Source: Sphingomonadales bacterium (GTDB taxonomy: Bacteria; Pseudomonadota; Alphaproteobacteria; CAZZKF01). From it: a stretch of DNA of 64,000 bases. The notes under the pieces are model-generated. The model made no database searches and was not told the origin of the DNA. It worked only from the letters and a program-made list of their open reading frames with translations. Positions within the stretch are counted from its first letter, which is position 1; the number at the start of each line of letters is the position of its first letter. Location of the stretch: NCBI GenBank assembly GCA_046756385.1, contig JBHHWG010000005.1:1817-65816 (forward strand). Reading direction: 5' to 3'. The position numbers and the translations under genes are program-made. Positions 53,614-63,144 of the stretch are shown here, piece by piece.

Positions 53614-54161
53614 GGGGTCCTGGTCTGTTTGAGGGCAGCCAGCCGACTCGTCCAGGAGATGCCAGCGCTCAGGCGTGCCCCGCGGGCGCCCGTGTCACCG
53701 CGAAATTCGAGATCGAGATTCAGAATGTCCTCCGGCAGTAAAGACGCCATTTTGTCGGGCCACTCGATCAGGCTTACGCCCTCTTCAAAAGCGTCCTCAA
53801 TGCCAAGTTCAAAAACTTCCTCGGGCGCCGCGATGCGATAAAGGTCGAAATGCCACACCGAGGTCACGGGCGCGCGCGACTGGCCGGCATTTTCCATGGC
53901 GTTGCCGAAGCTGTAGACCTGCACCAGGGTAAAGGTCGGGCTGGGCACTTCCTCGCCGCATCCCAGGGCGTGAATGAAATGGCGGGCGAATGTGGTTTTG
54001 CCGGCGCCGAGGTCCCCTCTCAGTGCGATTACGTCGCCGGTCCGGGTCACAGAGGCCAGGGTTTGGGCCAGCGTCGCCGTGGCGGTCTCGTCAGGCAACT
54101 CCAGCACCAGCGAGACTTGCTGGCCGGATCCTTTCGCGTCGCATTCCAGATGGTCGGGCAT
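53610..54161 (-). CDS. tsaE: tRNA threonylcarbamoyladenosine biosynthesis protein TsaE
   Basis: LRGDLGAGKTTFAR P-loop and PTFTLV motif; ATG at 54161 inside the longer track ORF. Confidence 0.8.
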   Translation of the reverse strand: MPDHLECDAKGSGQQVSLVLELPDETATATLAQTLASVTRTGDVIALRGDLGAGKTTFARHFIHALGCGEEVPSPTFTLVQVYSFGNAMENAGQSRAPVTSVWHFDLYRIAAPEEVFELGIEDAFEEGVSLIEWPDKMASLLPEDILNLDLEFRGDTGARGARLSAGISWTSRLAALKQTRTP

Positions 54162-54214
54162 GGGGAATTTGTAACGTGGCGGCTCCTGGCCTGCAACTCG
54201 CGAGGTTGCCGATT

Positions 54215-56644
54215 TCAATTTATGGCGGTGGTGGGAAGGGCCTGGCCACCGTCGTCCGTTTCGCCCGCCGGCTCCCCTTTTTTCGTGAGGGTGAGGCGCT
54301 TTGGCAGAATGCACCGAACCATCGTTCCCTTGCCGGACTGGGATGACAATTCAACCCGGCCGCCATGGAGCTCGACAAAACTGCGCACCAGCGAAAGCCC
54401 GAGGCCGGCGCCCTGGGTCGGCCGACCGACACTGCCGGTCCAGAATTTCTCGAAAGCCGCGATCTGCTCCGTGGAGTTCATGCCGATGCCGGTGTCGGAT
54501 ACGTAGAATTCGAAGTGATCGCCTGTGGAGCGGGCGCCGAGACTGATGCCGCCTTCCGACGGCGTAAATTTGATCGCATTGCTCAGCAAATTGAACAAGA
54601 CCTGTTTGAGGCGGCGTTCGTCGGCTTCGATCCGGCCAATCCTGGGAAAACAATCGAAATGGATTGAAATTCGCTTTTTCTCCGCTTGTTCCTGCGCGAT
54701 CGACAGCACGCTCTTCAGGGCCTCGTAGAAATCGAACTCGGTCGGCTCCAGCGTCATGGCGCCAGCCTCGATGGTCGCCAGATCGAGAATGTCGTTGATC
54801 AGGGTCAATAGCTGCTTCGACGAATCGAGAGTGCCATCGACATATTCGTGCTGCCGCTCGTTGAGGGGCCCGTAAAATTCCTTATCGAGAATTTCCGTGA
54901 AGCCCAGAATGGTGTTGAGCGGCGTTCTCAACTCATATGACACATGGGCGATAAATTCTGATTTAAGGCGGTCGGAAGTCTCCAGCGCTTCATTACGCTC
55001 GCGCAGTGCCTGCTCGATGCGAAACCCGTCCGACACGTCGAGATAGGTATACAAAGTCGCACCGTCGGGCAGGGGAAGCGATGCATAATCAATCACGGTG
55101 CCGTCCGGCCGGTGCATGCGGCCGACGTTTGACGTGCGTTCGGTGGCATGATCGAGAATCGCGCCCGTGACCTTCCGCCATTCCTCGTCATGATCGAACT
55201 GTTTGCGGCATCGCTCGACGACTTCCTTGATGTGCGGCGTTTTCTGAAGAAAGCTGTCGTCGAGCCGCCAGATCTTGGCGAAGGCCGGATTATAGAGCTT
55301 GAGCAACCCGTCGCTGCCGAAAACGGCGACCCCTTCGAACAGATTGTTGAGGGATTCGCGCTGCACCGCTGTCAGCGTGTTGTATTGCGCCTCAAGCTTC
55401 AGCCGATCGGTCACGTCCTCATACAAGACCAGCAGGCCGCCGAACGGGTGGGGCTGGGTGACGACCCGCAGGGTCGACTCGTCCGGCAAATGCCACAGCT
55501 CTTCCCTGGGAGCGATGAGTTCGGTGTAAAGCATGAGCTGTTCACGCTTCCAGGCCGGGAAATCCGCCTGTTCCGGCAGCCGCCGCTTGGCCTGCATCGA
55601 TTCCAGAATTTCACTGTGGTGCGGCTTGGTCGCAAGCCAGTCTTCCGGCAGCCGCCATAATTGGGCAAATGTGCTGTTGAAGAATTCCAGAAAACTGTCG
55701 CGACCGAATATGGCGATTGCGGAGGACATCTTGTTGAGGGTTTCTGAATGGGCCTCAATGTGGCGCGACAGTTCGGCGCGAGCGCACTCCAGATCGGTGT
55801 TGTCGATCGCGAAACCCGCTACCGCCTTGCCAGAAGCCAATGGAACGTCGGTCGTTGCAATCGCCCGGCGCTGGCCCTTTATGACCACAAAATGTTGCTC
55901 GGTCCTGGCCGTCTTGCTCGCCAGCGCCTCCCCGGCGGCCATGTTTGGCGAACGCGCCAGCGCATTCGAAACCAGCTCGGTTTGCGCGTCGATCACCGCC
56001 TCGGCGGATTGACCGTCGACCGCCTCGACATAGGCTTTGTTGACCCATTCAATCTTCAAGTCCCGCCTTCGCCGCCAAATCGGGAACGGCGCGGCGCCAA
56101 GTATGGCTGTCAGATAGTCATTCGCCCGTGTCACCTCCGAGATGCGTTCATCCCGATGTTTCTCACGGGCCGCCTGGTCTGTGATGTCGCTAAACCAGAT
56201 TATGTGTCGCGGGGAGGCGGGGCCATCATTTGCCCGCCCCTCGGCCCGCAGGGTTTTTTGTCCGTTTGCGGCATGAAGCGTGATGGCGAAGGGGTGGTTG
56301 ATCGCCGTAAGTTTTGTCAGGGCGTCGGCAAATTCAGCAAAATCCGATGGGTCGATGCCGTGGGCGCCATCCGTTGCGGCGAGTTGCCGCCATTCGGTCA
56401 CCGGCGTGGCGATATCCAGCCATTCCAGAAGCCTGGGGCAACAATGATCCGGCGCTTGCCGGTCGATAATCAGGTAACCGCCGGAGGCGGACGTCAAAAC
56501 CTCCTCGGCTAGTTGGGCGGACCGGCGCACCGCGTTGCCTCGGATAAGAGCCCACACCATGCCGGCAAGACTTCCAATGGCCAGCAAGGCAATGGCCAGG
56601 AAGCCAATCACTGTAAACAATCCCGGATTGGGTCCAGGATTCAT
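54215..56644 (-). CDS. membrane-anchored multi-PAS sensor histidine kinase
   Basis: N-terminal TM helix, at least three PAS-like segments, HisKA (HVSYELRTPLNTILGF) and HATPase_c (N, G1, G2 boxes). Confidence 0.8.
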   Translation of the reverse strand: MNPGPNPGLFTVIGFLAIALLAIGSLAGMVWALIRGNAVRRSAQLAEEVLTSASGGYLIIDRQAPDHCCPRLLEWLDIATPVTEWRQLAATDGAHGIDPSDFAEFADALTKLTAINHPFAITLHAANGQKTLRAEGRANDGPASPRHIIWFSDITDQAAREKHRDERISEVTRANDYLTAILGAAPFPIWRRRRDLKIEWVNKAYVEAVDGQSAEAVIDAQTELVSNALARSPNMAAGEALASKTARTEQHFVVIKGQRRAIATTDVPLASGKAVAGFAIDNTDLECARAELSRHIEAHSETLNKMSSAIAIFGRDSFLEFFNSTFAQLWRLPEDWLATKPHHSEILESMQAKRRLPEQADFPAWKREQLMLYTELIAPREELWHLPDESTLRVVTQPHPFGGLLVLYEDVTDRLKLEAQYNTLTAVQRESLNNLFEGVAVFGSDGLLKLYNPAFAKIWRLDDSFLQKTPHIKEVVERCRKQFDHDEEWRKVTGAILDHATERTSNVGRMHRPDGTVIDYASLPLPDGATLYTYLDVSDGFRIEQALRERNEALETSDRLKSEFIAHVSYELRTPLNTILGFTEILDKEFYGPLNERQHEYVDGTLDSSKQLLTLINDILDLATIEAGAMTLEPTEFDFYEALKSVLSIAQEQAEKKRISIHFDCFPRIGRIEADERRLKQVLFNLLSNAIKFTPSEGGISLGARSTGDHFEFYVSDTGIGMNSTEQIAAFEKFWTGSVGRPTQGAGLGLSLVRSFVELHGGRVELSSQSGKGTMVRCILPKRLTLTKKGEPAGETDDGGQALPTTAIN

Positions 56645-56842
56645 GCCGCCGCCGCCAGGCTAAATGTCAGGTGGACGTGCATCCGTGATGTCCATCGGGT
56701 AGCTATTTTCCGACAGAGATTAATGCCTTGGCATGGATAAAAACAAGCCTCCATGCCAGCTTTCGTCCATGCCGGGATGGGGATGGAGCCGGGTTGGGCG
56801 CGCTGTCATGTCCTGATCACGGCGCGCCCCCGAAAATCCCGC

Positions 56843-58138
56843 TTAGTATCGGTAGTGGTCGGGCTTGAACGGGCCGTTGACCGGCACGCTGATATAATCG
56901 GCCTGATCGTCGTTCAGTTTTGTAAGCTTGGCGCCAAGCCGGTCAAGGTGAAGCGAAGCCACCTTTTCGTCGAGATGCTTTGGCAGGACATAGACCTTAC
57001 GCTCATATTTGGCGTGGTTGTTCCACAATTCGATTTGCGCCATGACCTGATTGGTGAACGATGCGCTCATGACGAAGCTGGGGTGGCCGGTGGCGCAGCC
57101 CAGATTGACCAGCCGGCCCTTGGCCAGCAGGATCAGCCGCTTGCCGTCCGGGAACTCGATTTCGTCGACCTGGGGCTTGACTTCGTGCCAGGTGTAGTTG
57201 CTAAGCGCGTCCACCTGAATTTCAGAATCGAAATGGCCGATATTGCACACGATGGCCCGGTCCTTCATCTGGCGCATATGGTCGAGCGTGATGACGTCGA
57301 TATTGCCGGTGGAGGTGACGAAAATGTCGCCGGTCGCGGCGGCATCGTCCATGGTAATGACCTGATAGCCTTCCATTGCCGCCTGCAGGGCGCAGATCGG
57401 GTCGATCTCGGTAATCATGACCCGGGCGCCCTGGCGTTGCAGGGCGGCCGCGCAGCCCTTGCCAACATCGCCATAACCGCAAACCACGGCGATCTTGCCC
57501 GCGATCATGACATCGGTCGCCCGTTTGATGCCGTCAACCAGACTTTCGCGGCACCCATAGAGATTGTCGAATTTTGATTTGGTCACGCTGTCATTGACGT
57601 TGATCGCCGGGACCTGAAGGCGGTTTTCCTTCTCCATCTGATAGAGCCGCAGCACACCGGTCGTGGTTTCCTCCGACAGGCCGCGAACATCCTCTAAAAG
57701 CTCGGGATATTTGTCGTGCATCAACGCCGTCAGATCGCCGCCGTCGTCCAGTATCATGTTCGGGCGCCAGCCATCTGTACCGACGACCGTTTGCTCGATG
57801 CACCAGTCGAATTCCTCATCTGTCTCGCCCTTCCAGGCGAAAACCGGAATATCGCTGGCGGCGATGGCCGCCGCGGCGTGATCCTGCGTCGAAAAGATAT
57901 TGCACGAGCTCCAGCGAATCTCGGCGCCCAGGGCGACCAGCGTTTCGATGAGCACGGCGGTTTGAATCGTCATGTGAAGACAGCCCGCGATCCGGGCGCC
58001 GGCAAGTGGTTTCTGGCCCGCATATTCGTCGCGCAACGCCATCAGACCGGGCATTTCGGTTTCAGCAATGGCGATTTCGCTGCGACCCCAATCGGCAAGC
58101 TCGATGTCGGCGATTTTGTAGTCCGAAAACAGGCCCAT
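56843..58138 (-). CDS. ahcY: adenosylhomocysteinase
   Basis: [19 protein letters not shown] start; NAD-binding [10 protein letters not shown]; ~431 aa. Confidence 0.95.
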   Translation of the reverse strand: MGLFSDYKIADIELADWGRSEIAIAETEMPGLMALRDEYAGQKPLAGARIAGCLHMTIQTAVLIETLVALGAEIRWSSCNIFSTQDHAAAAIAASDIPVFAWKGETDEEFDWCIEQTVVGTDGWRPNMILDDGGDLTALMHDKYPELLEDVRGLSEETTTGVLRLYQMEKENRLQVPAINVNDSVTKSKFDNLYGCRESLVDGIKRATDVMIAGKIAVVCGYGDVGKGCAAALQRQGARVMITEIDPICALQAAMEGYQVITMDDAAATGDIFVTSTGNIDVITLDHMRQMKDRAIVCNIGHFDSEIQVDALSNYTWHEVKPQVDEIEFPDGKRLILLAKGRLVNLGCATGHPSFVMSASFTNQVMAQIELWNNHAKYERKVYVLPKHLDEKVASLHLDRLGAKLTKLNDDQADYISVPVNGPFKPDHYRY

Positions 58139-58305
58139 CGGGACCTCCTGCAAAGTTGAAATGAATTCGTTCAAGACTGTTGGCAAAGACCGTTGGCGCC
58201 GGCAATCCGGAGCCCGCCCCATGAAATGCCGCTATATAGCAACGTGGGGGCCGTTGGGCAATCATAAAGATATCTTTATATTTGCATTTGGGTCGAAGGA
58301 CCTGT

Positions 58306-58623
58306 CTATTCCTCGCCGAAGTTGCCTTCCACCAGATCGACCAGGGCCCGCAATGCGTTCTGGGCTTCACGGCCGGCGGCTTCGATGGAGATTTGGGAAT
58401 TCGTTGCGGCGGCCAGCATCATCAGGCCCATGATGGAGGTGCCGCAAACGATTATGTCGCCTTTGGTGACCGTCACTTCAGCGTCGAATCGCGTGGCCAT
58501 CTTGACGAATTTCGCCGAGGCTCTGGCGTGAAGGCCGCGCCGATTGCCAATTCTGACGGTTTGTCGGCGGATATTTTTTTCGACGTCGGCCGAACGCTGG
58601 GAATGCTTGTCCTGATGGTCCAT
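58306..58623 (-). CDS. ptsH: HPr family phosphocarrier protein (NPr-like)
   Basis: GLHARASAKFV active-site His region and a regulatory Ser (GTSIMGL). Confidence 0.85.
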   Translation of the reverse strand: MDHQDKHSQRSADVEKNIRRQTVRIGNRRGLHARASAKFVKMATRFDAEVTVTKGDIIVCGTSIMGLMMLAAATNSQISIEAAGREAQNALRALVDLVEGNFGEE

Positions 58624-58662
58624 TTTTGAGGGATGTATCTAAAAATCCTGCCGCGACGGCGG

Positions 58663-59067
58663 CTACTCTTCACCGGCCAGCAGGTGGGATGCAACACTGA
58701 TGTATTTCCTCCCCGCTTCTTGCGCCGCGGCCACCGCATTATCGAGGGTCGCCTGTTCGCGAACGCTGGCGAGCTTGATTAACATGGGCAGGTTGACGCC
58801 GGCAATCACTTCGACATTGGCGTTTTCAATAATCGATATGGCAAGATTTGACGGAGTGCCGCCGAACATGTCGGTCAGCAAAATCACGCCGCTTCCATTG
58901 TCGACATCAGCGACCGCGTCGAGGATATCCTGACGACGTTGTTCCATGTCGTCGTCCGACTCGATGCAGATTGAGCGCACCTCGGTTTGAGGACCGACGA
59001 CATGCTCGGTCGCCGCCAGAAATTCCTCCGCCAGTCTGCCATGCGTAACAAGCACCAATCCGATCAT
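58663..59067 (-). CDS. PTS EIIA(Man)-family protein
   Basis: IGLVLVTHGRLAEE with the phosphorylatable His of EIIA-Man. Confidence 0.8.
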   Translation of the reverse strand: MIGLVLVTHGRLAEEFLAATEHVVGPQTEVRSICIESDDDMEQRRQDILDAVADVDNGSGVILLTDMFGGTPSNLAISIIENANVEVIAGVNLPMLIKLASVREQATLDNAVAAAQEAGRKYISVASHLLAGEE

Positions 59068-59086
59068 GAAACTTTCCCTAAACGCT

Positions 59087-60019
59087 TCATTTTCGATCAA
59101 GCTCGCGGTGGACTATCTGCACCTTGTAGCCCGCGTCTGCAAGGATAACCGAGATTTGCTCGGCCAGATAGACCGAGCGATGACGGCCGCCGGTGCAGCC
59201 AAATGCTATGGTGAGATATGATTTTCCCTCGTCCTGGTAGCGCGGCAGCAACGAAAGAATCATAGACCGCGTCTGGTCCAGAAATTGCTGATAAAAGGGA
59301 TCGGCCGCGATGAAGGCGCCGACCTCAGAATCCTTTCCGGTCCCATCCCTGAGTTTGTCCACATAGTGAGGATTTGCCAGGAAACGGACATCAAAAACGA
59401 GATCCGCCTCTCGGGGCAATCCCCGCCGATAGGAAAAAGACACCACCGACAACGTCAAGGATGCGTCACCCTCCAGTTCGAAATGTCCCCGAACAACGCG
59501 GCGCAGGTCGGCGATCGTCAGGTCGGTGGTGTCGAAAACATAATCGGCGCGCTCGCGAAGCCGGTTCATTGTTTGCCGCTCCCGCTCAATGCCCTCGATT
59601 AACGGTCGGTCCCCGGCCAGGGGGTGGCGACGGCGGGTCTCGGTGAAGCGATGATGAAGAATTTCGTCGCTGCAGTCGCAAAAGACCAGCGACACGTCGA
59701 GGTTGTCATTGGCCTTGAGCGTCGCGGTTCGGCTTTCGAATCGCTCCGCCCGAAAGGCGCGTGTGCGACTGTCGATGCCGATCGCCAGACTACGTGGGCG
59801 GCGGTGATCCGGGTTGTCGTCGATCACCTCTATCAAATTAGGAAGCAACGAAAATGGCAGATTGTCCACCGCTTCGTAGCCGATATCCTCCAGCGCCTTG
59901 AGCACTGAACTTTTGCCCGCCCCCGACATCCCTGTCACCAGTACGATGCGCAATCGGGATATTGGCGCGGCCGTTTCCCGGGCCAAGCTGTTCGCGGTAT
60001 CCGATGACCTGACCATCAA
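59087..60019 (-). CDS. rapZ: RNase adapter protein RapZ (YvcJ/YhbJ P-loop ATPase)
   Basis: VLVTGMSGAGKSS Walker A plus a C-terminal RapZ domain. Confidence 0.85.
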   Translation of the reverse strand: MMVRSSDTANSLARETAAPISRLRIVLVTGMSGAGKSSVLKALEDIGYEAVDNLPFSLLPNLIEVIDDNPDHRRPRSLAIGIDSRTRAFRAERFESRTATLKANDNLDVSLVFCDCSDEILHHRFTETRRRHPLAGDRPLIEGIERERQTMNRLRERADYVFDTTDLTIADLRRVVRGHFELEGDASLTLSVVSFSYRRGLPREADLVFDVRFLANPHYVDKLRDGTGKDSEVGAFIAADPFYQQFLDQTRSMILSLLPRYQDEGKSYLTIAFGCTGGRHRSVYLAEQISVILADAGYKVQIVHRELDRK

Positions 60020-60546
60020 ACGCGCCTTATTCTGTCCTGGGTCGCTTCGACGGCCAGCCTGATCTTGGCGGCGGCGGAAATTTCAAACGGGTCCAGGACA
60101 ATGCGGCTGACCATGATGCCGTCAATCTCGATCTGTTCCGGTTCGGGCAAACGCGGCACCTGTTCCCGGTCAACCAGATCGACCACCAGGCTGACGGTGC
60201 ATGAACTGGCATTCGGCAAACTGATCAGACCGATGCCGCGCACCTCCATAATGCCGGCGATCGATTCGGGCGGGGTGGCGTGTAACAGCCCGTCGCGCGC
60301 GCTTAAGGAAACGTAATCGTCGGACAACAGCCTGGCCCCGCCGTCGATCAGCCGCAGGGCAAGGTCGGATTTGCCACTGCCCGACGGACCGCGCAACAAT
60401 ATACCGGCGCCGTCAAGATCAATGCAGGTTGCGTGCTCCAGGATCATGTCGCTCTCATTCGGGCCGGAATAGGTTCCCAATCCAGGCGGGCATGGTAGCA
60501 CAAGCCTGGACAAAGACCGACACCGGATCCTGGTGGTGTAAATCAA
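60016..60546 (-). CDS. hprK: HPr kinase/phosphorylase C-terminal-domain protein (alphaproteobacterial short HprK)
   Basis: GPSGSGKS P-loop and GIMEVRGIG signature; 176 aa with no N-terminal domain. Confidence 0.8.
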   Translation of the reverse strand: MIYTTRIRCRSLSRLVLPCPPGLGTYSGPNESDMILEHATCIDLDGAGILLRGPSGSGKSDLALRLIDGGARLLSDDYVSLSARDGLLHATPPESIAGIMEVRGIGLISLPNASSCTVSLVVDLVDREQVPRLPEPEQIEIDGIMVSRIVLDPFEISAAAKIRLAVEATQDRIRRV

Positions 60547-60632
60547 GTTAATTTGATGGCATGGACGCCTCTTGTCCCGGCGCCGAGAGCGTCATAATGG
60601 AAGTTGCTGAACTTCATCAACAGGAGGCGACC

Positions 60633-60836
60633 ATGAGGGATATTACGACAGTTGGATTGGATCTGGCAAAGAGGGTGTTTCAAGTACACGGGGCGGACGG
60701 TGAGGGGCGGATGGTTTTGCGCCGGAAGATGCGGCGCGGCCAGGTGCTGAAGTTTTTTGCCGGGTTGCCGCCGTGCCTGGTTGGTCTGGAGGCCTGTGCC
60801 AGTGCGCATTACTGGGCGCGACTGGGAGCGCATTGA
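60633..60836 (+). pseudogene. IS110-family transposase, N-terminal 67-aa remnant
   Basis: MRDITTVGLDLAKRVFQVHGADGEG...CLVGLEACASAHYWARL matches the DEDD-transposase N-terminus, then an immediate stop. AGGAGG RBS intact. No remainder of the ~340-aa gene downstream. Confidence 0.65.
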
Positions 60837-60997
60837 AACGCCCTACTTTCATGGGATGGGCGAAATACCATTCCCACGAAAGAATCTAAAAGCTTGATCG
60901 GGAAGGTCCGGTTTGGGACCGGAATAGCGAACTACCGCAATCGACTTGGGAAGGAACGTCAATAGCCAAGAAGCGGTCATTCCTTTTTAGGTGCTTA

Positions 60998-61073
60998 GAG
61001 CGTTTTTAACTTAACCGGAATCAAGTTCGGCTGTTTATATGCCGCCCTGGCGGCGCCCTTAAAGCCTTGCATA
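60998..61073. repeat. family-2 repeat, partial copy (left TIR plus ~50 bp)
   Basis: GAGCGTTTTTAACTTAACCGGAATCAAGTTCGGCTGTTTATATGCCGCCCTGGCGGCGCCCTTAAAGCCTTGCATA; 4 mismatches versus 11197-11272. Confidence 0.55.
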
Positions 61074-61252
61074 CCCGCTGCCACCGTCCTCTCTGGCAAT
61101 AGCCCCGACACCCCGCACGGTGTTGTGATATGTAAAAATACATCAGACATGCTATATGATATGCGCTGGCATATCGATCTTGAAATGCTTTCATGGGAAT
61201 GATATATTAAAAGACATTATAGGCTGTCTCAAATATAGAATTATGCATCAAG

Positions 61253-61861
61253 ATGAACTATGCCACCGAATATATCGCCAGCACCCTGAAGGCAGCCCGA
61301 GAAAACAAGGGGCTCAGCCAGCGGGAGCTGAGCGCCAAATCAGGCGTGCCGCAGGGCCATATCTCGAAGATTGAGAACGGGGCTGTTGATCTCAGAGTTT
61401 CAAGCCTGATCGCGTTGGCCCGTATTCTTGAGCTGGAGTTGACGCTCGTGCCCCGCAAAGCGGTGCCTGCCGTCAAATCGATTGCACGAAGCAGTGCACG
61501 CAGCACCCACGGGAAGAGCGGCCAGGATTTGCGTCTGGCCCACCAAGAGCTGACGCGTCTTCAGCTCACCATTGGGAGCTTGCCCAAGATAGCTCTGTCC
61601 ACAAGGGAAGTGGCGCAGCTCCAGCGCCAGGTGAGGGAACTTCAGCATTTTCCGCTTTCACGACCTGATCTTGAAGCGATACGGACAATCAATCAAACAC
61701 TGAAGGCATTCAGGAATAACGCTGGGAATCTGAGCGCTATCCGCCAGTCACTTTCCCAAATTCAAAGTTTGCGCAACGCTCTGGCGCACAGTTCAGTCAA
61801 TGTGCCGCGGATAGAATCCGTGCGCCCTGCCTATAGTCTTGATGAGGACGATCATGGCTGA
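61253..61861 (+). CDS. hipB: HipB-like XRE-family HTH antitoxin with a long C-terminal helical extension (202 aa)
   Basis: N-terminal HTH (LKAARENKGLSQRELSAKSGVPQGHISKIENGAVDLRVSSLIALARIL); overlaps hipA by 8 nt; C-terminal ~110 aa are coiled-coil-like. Confidence 0.7.
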   Translation: MNYATEYIASTLKAARENKGLSQRELSAKSGVPQGHISKIENGAVDLRVSSLIALARILELELTLVPRKAVPAVKSIARSSARSTHGKSGQDLRLAHQELTRLQLTIGSLPKIALSTREVAQLQRQVRELQHFPLSRPDLEAIRTINQTLKAFRNNAGNLSAIRQSLSQIQSLRNALAHSSVNVPRIESVRPAYSLDEDDHG

Positions 61862-63077
61862 TGTCTCCGTCCTCGATGTCCTGCTTTATGACGAGCCGAT
61901 TGGCACACTCACTCGTGTTGGCGGTGACCGCACGCTCTTTGCCTTCAACGATGCCTATATCGAGGATCAAAACCGGCCTGTGCTCGGGCTGAGCTTCAAG
62001 GACCAGTTCGGTGAATTGATCACCGAATTCAGGCCCACCCAAACGCGGGTAATGCCGTTCTTTTCGAATTTGCTCCCTGAAGGGCATATGCGCACTTATC
62101 TGGCCGAGCGTGCCGGTGTAAATCCCGTGCGCGAATTCTTCCTGCTCTGGGTGCTCGGCGTGGATTTGCCAGGGGCGATCACCATCAAGCCTGCTGATGG
62201 TGAAGCATGGCCGCCGGATGCCCATGATGATGGCGATGACAATCATGATAATGATCGTCGCGAAAACGCGCTGAGGTTCTCGCTGGCCGGAGTGCAACTC
62301 AAATTCTCGGCCATCAACGAGGCTCGCGGCGGACTGACAATTCCTGCCAAAGGTATTGGCGGTTCGTGGATCGTGAAGCTGCCCTCGCGTGAGTTTGCCG
62401 GTGTACCCGAGAACGAATTCTCGATGTTGACGTTGGCCCGGCTCATCGGCATGGATGTACCGGCACTGCAACTCGTCGATATCGATGCGATCAAGAATTT
62501 GCCAGAAGATATCGGGGCTTTGCAAGGGCAAGCCCTCGTCATCGAGCGCTTTGACCGGCAGCAGGGCAGCTACGCCGTTCACATTGAGGACTTTGCGCAA
62601 ATTTTCGGGATTTATCCCGAGGACAAATACAAAAGAGCCAGTCACCGGAGCATTGCAAGGGTGATTGCCGCCGAGGGTGGCGAGGCCGACATTGTCGAAT
62701 TTGTCCGGCGTATGACTTTCAACGTGCTGATCGGCAATGCCGATATGCACATGAAAAACTGGTCGATGATCTATTCGGACCGGCGTAATGCCGCGCTGGC
62801 TCCGGCCTATGATTTTGTTTCAACGATTCCGTACATGCCGGATTGCAACGCCGCTCTGAATTTTAGCCGGACCAAGCGCTTCAATGAATTTTCGGAGGAC
62901 GAGCTTTCCCATCTTGCCGCCAAGGCCCTGCTGCCGGAAAAGCTTGTTCTCGATACCGCGCGTGAAACCGTCGCCCTGTTTCATCAGCACTGGCAGGCGG
63001 AAAAGGCAAACCTGCCGCTATCTGTAGACGTAATTAAGGCGGTCGAAGATCATCTCTTAGTGATCCCCATTGCCTAA
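61854..63077 (+). CDS. hipA: HipA-family Ser/Thr kinase toxin
   Basis: HipA_N Couple motif LAGVQLKFSA, catalytic loop GNADMHMKNWS (D-x-H-x-K-N), YDFVST Mg-binding motif. Confidence 0.85.
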   Translation: MADVSVLDVLLYDEPIGTLTRVGGDRTLFAFNDAYIEDQNRPVLGLSFKDQFGELITEFRPTQTRVMPFFSNLLPEGHMRTYLAERAGVNPVREFFLLWVLGVDLPGAITIKPADGEAWPPDAHDDGDDNHDNDRRENALRFSLAGVQLKFSAINEARGGLTIPAKGIGGSWIVKLPSREFAGVPENEFSMLTLARLIGMDVPALQLVDIDAIKNLPEDIGALQGQALVIERFDRQQGSYAVHIEDFAQIFGIYPEDKYKRASHRSIARVIAAEGGEADIVEFVRRMTFNVLIGNADMHMKNWSMIYSDRRNAALAPAYDFVSTIPYMPDCNAALNFSRTKRFNEFSEDELSHLAAKALLPEKLVLDTARETVALFHQHWQAEKANLPLSVDVIKAVEDHLLVIPIA

Positions 63078-63144
63078 CCGCTCCAACTCCGTGCACACTG
63101 CCGCTCGCGCCATGCTTGTTCTCTGGTGACGGGGAGTGCGGTTC

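Noticed and set aside
58139-58305. SAH riboswitch in the ahcY leader
   Set aside because: The leader lacks the conserved SAH-riboswitch core (AGGAGCGCUGC paired with ACGGCGCUC pseudoknot). Only a loose CAACGG match; would need cmsearch (RF01057) to revisit.
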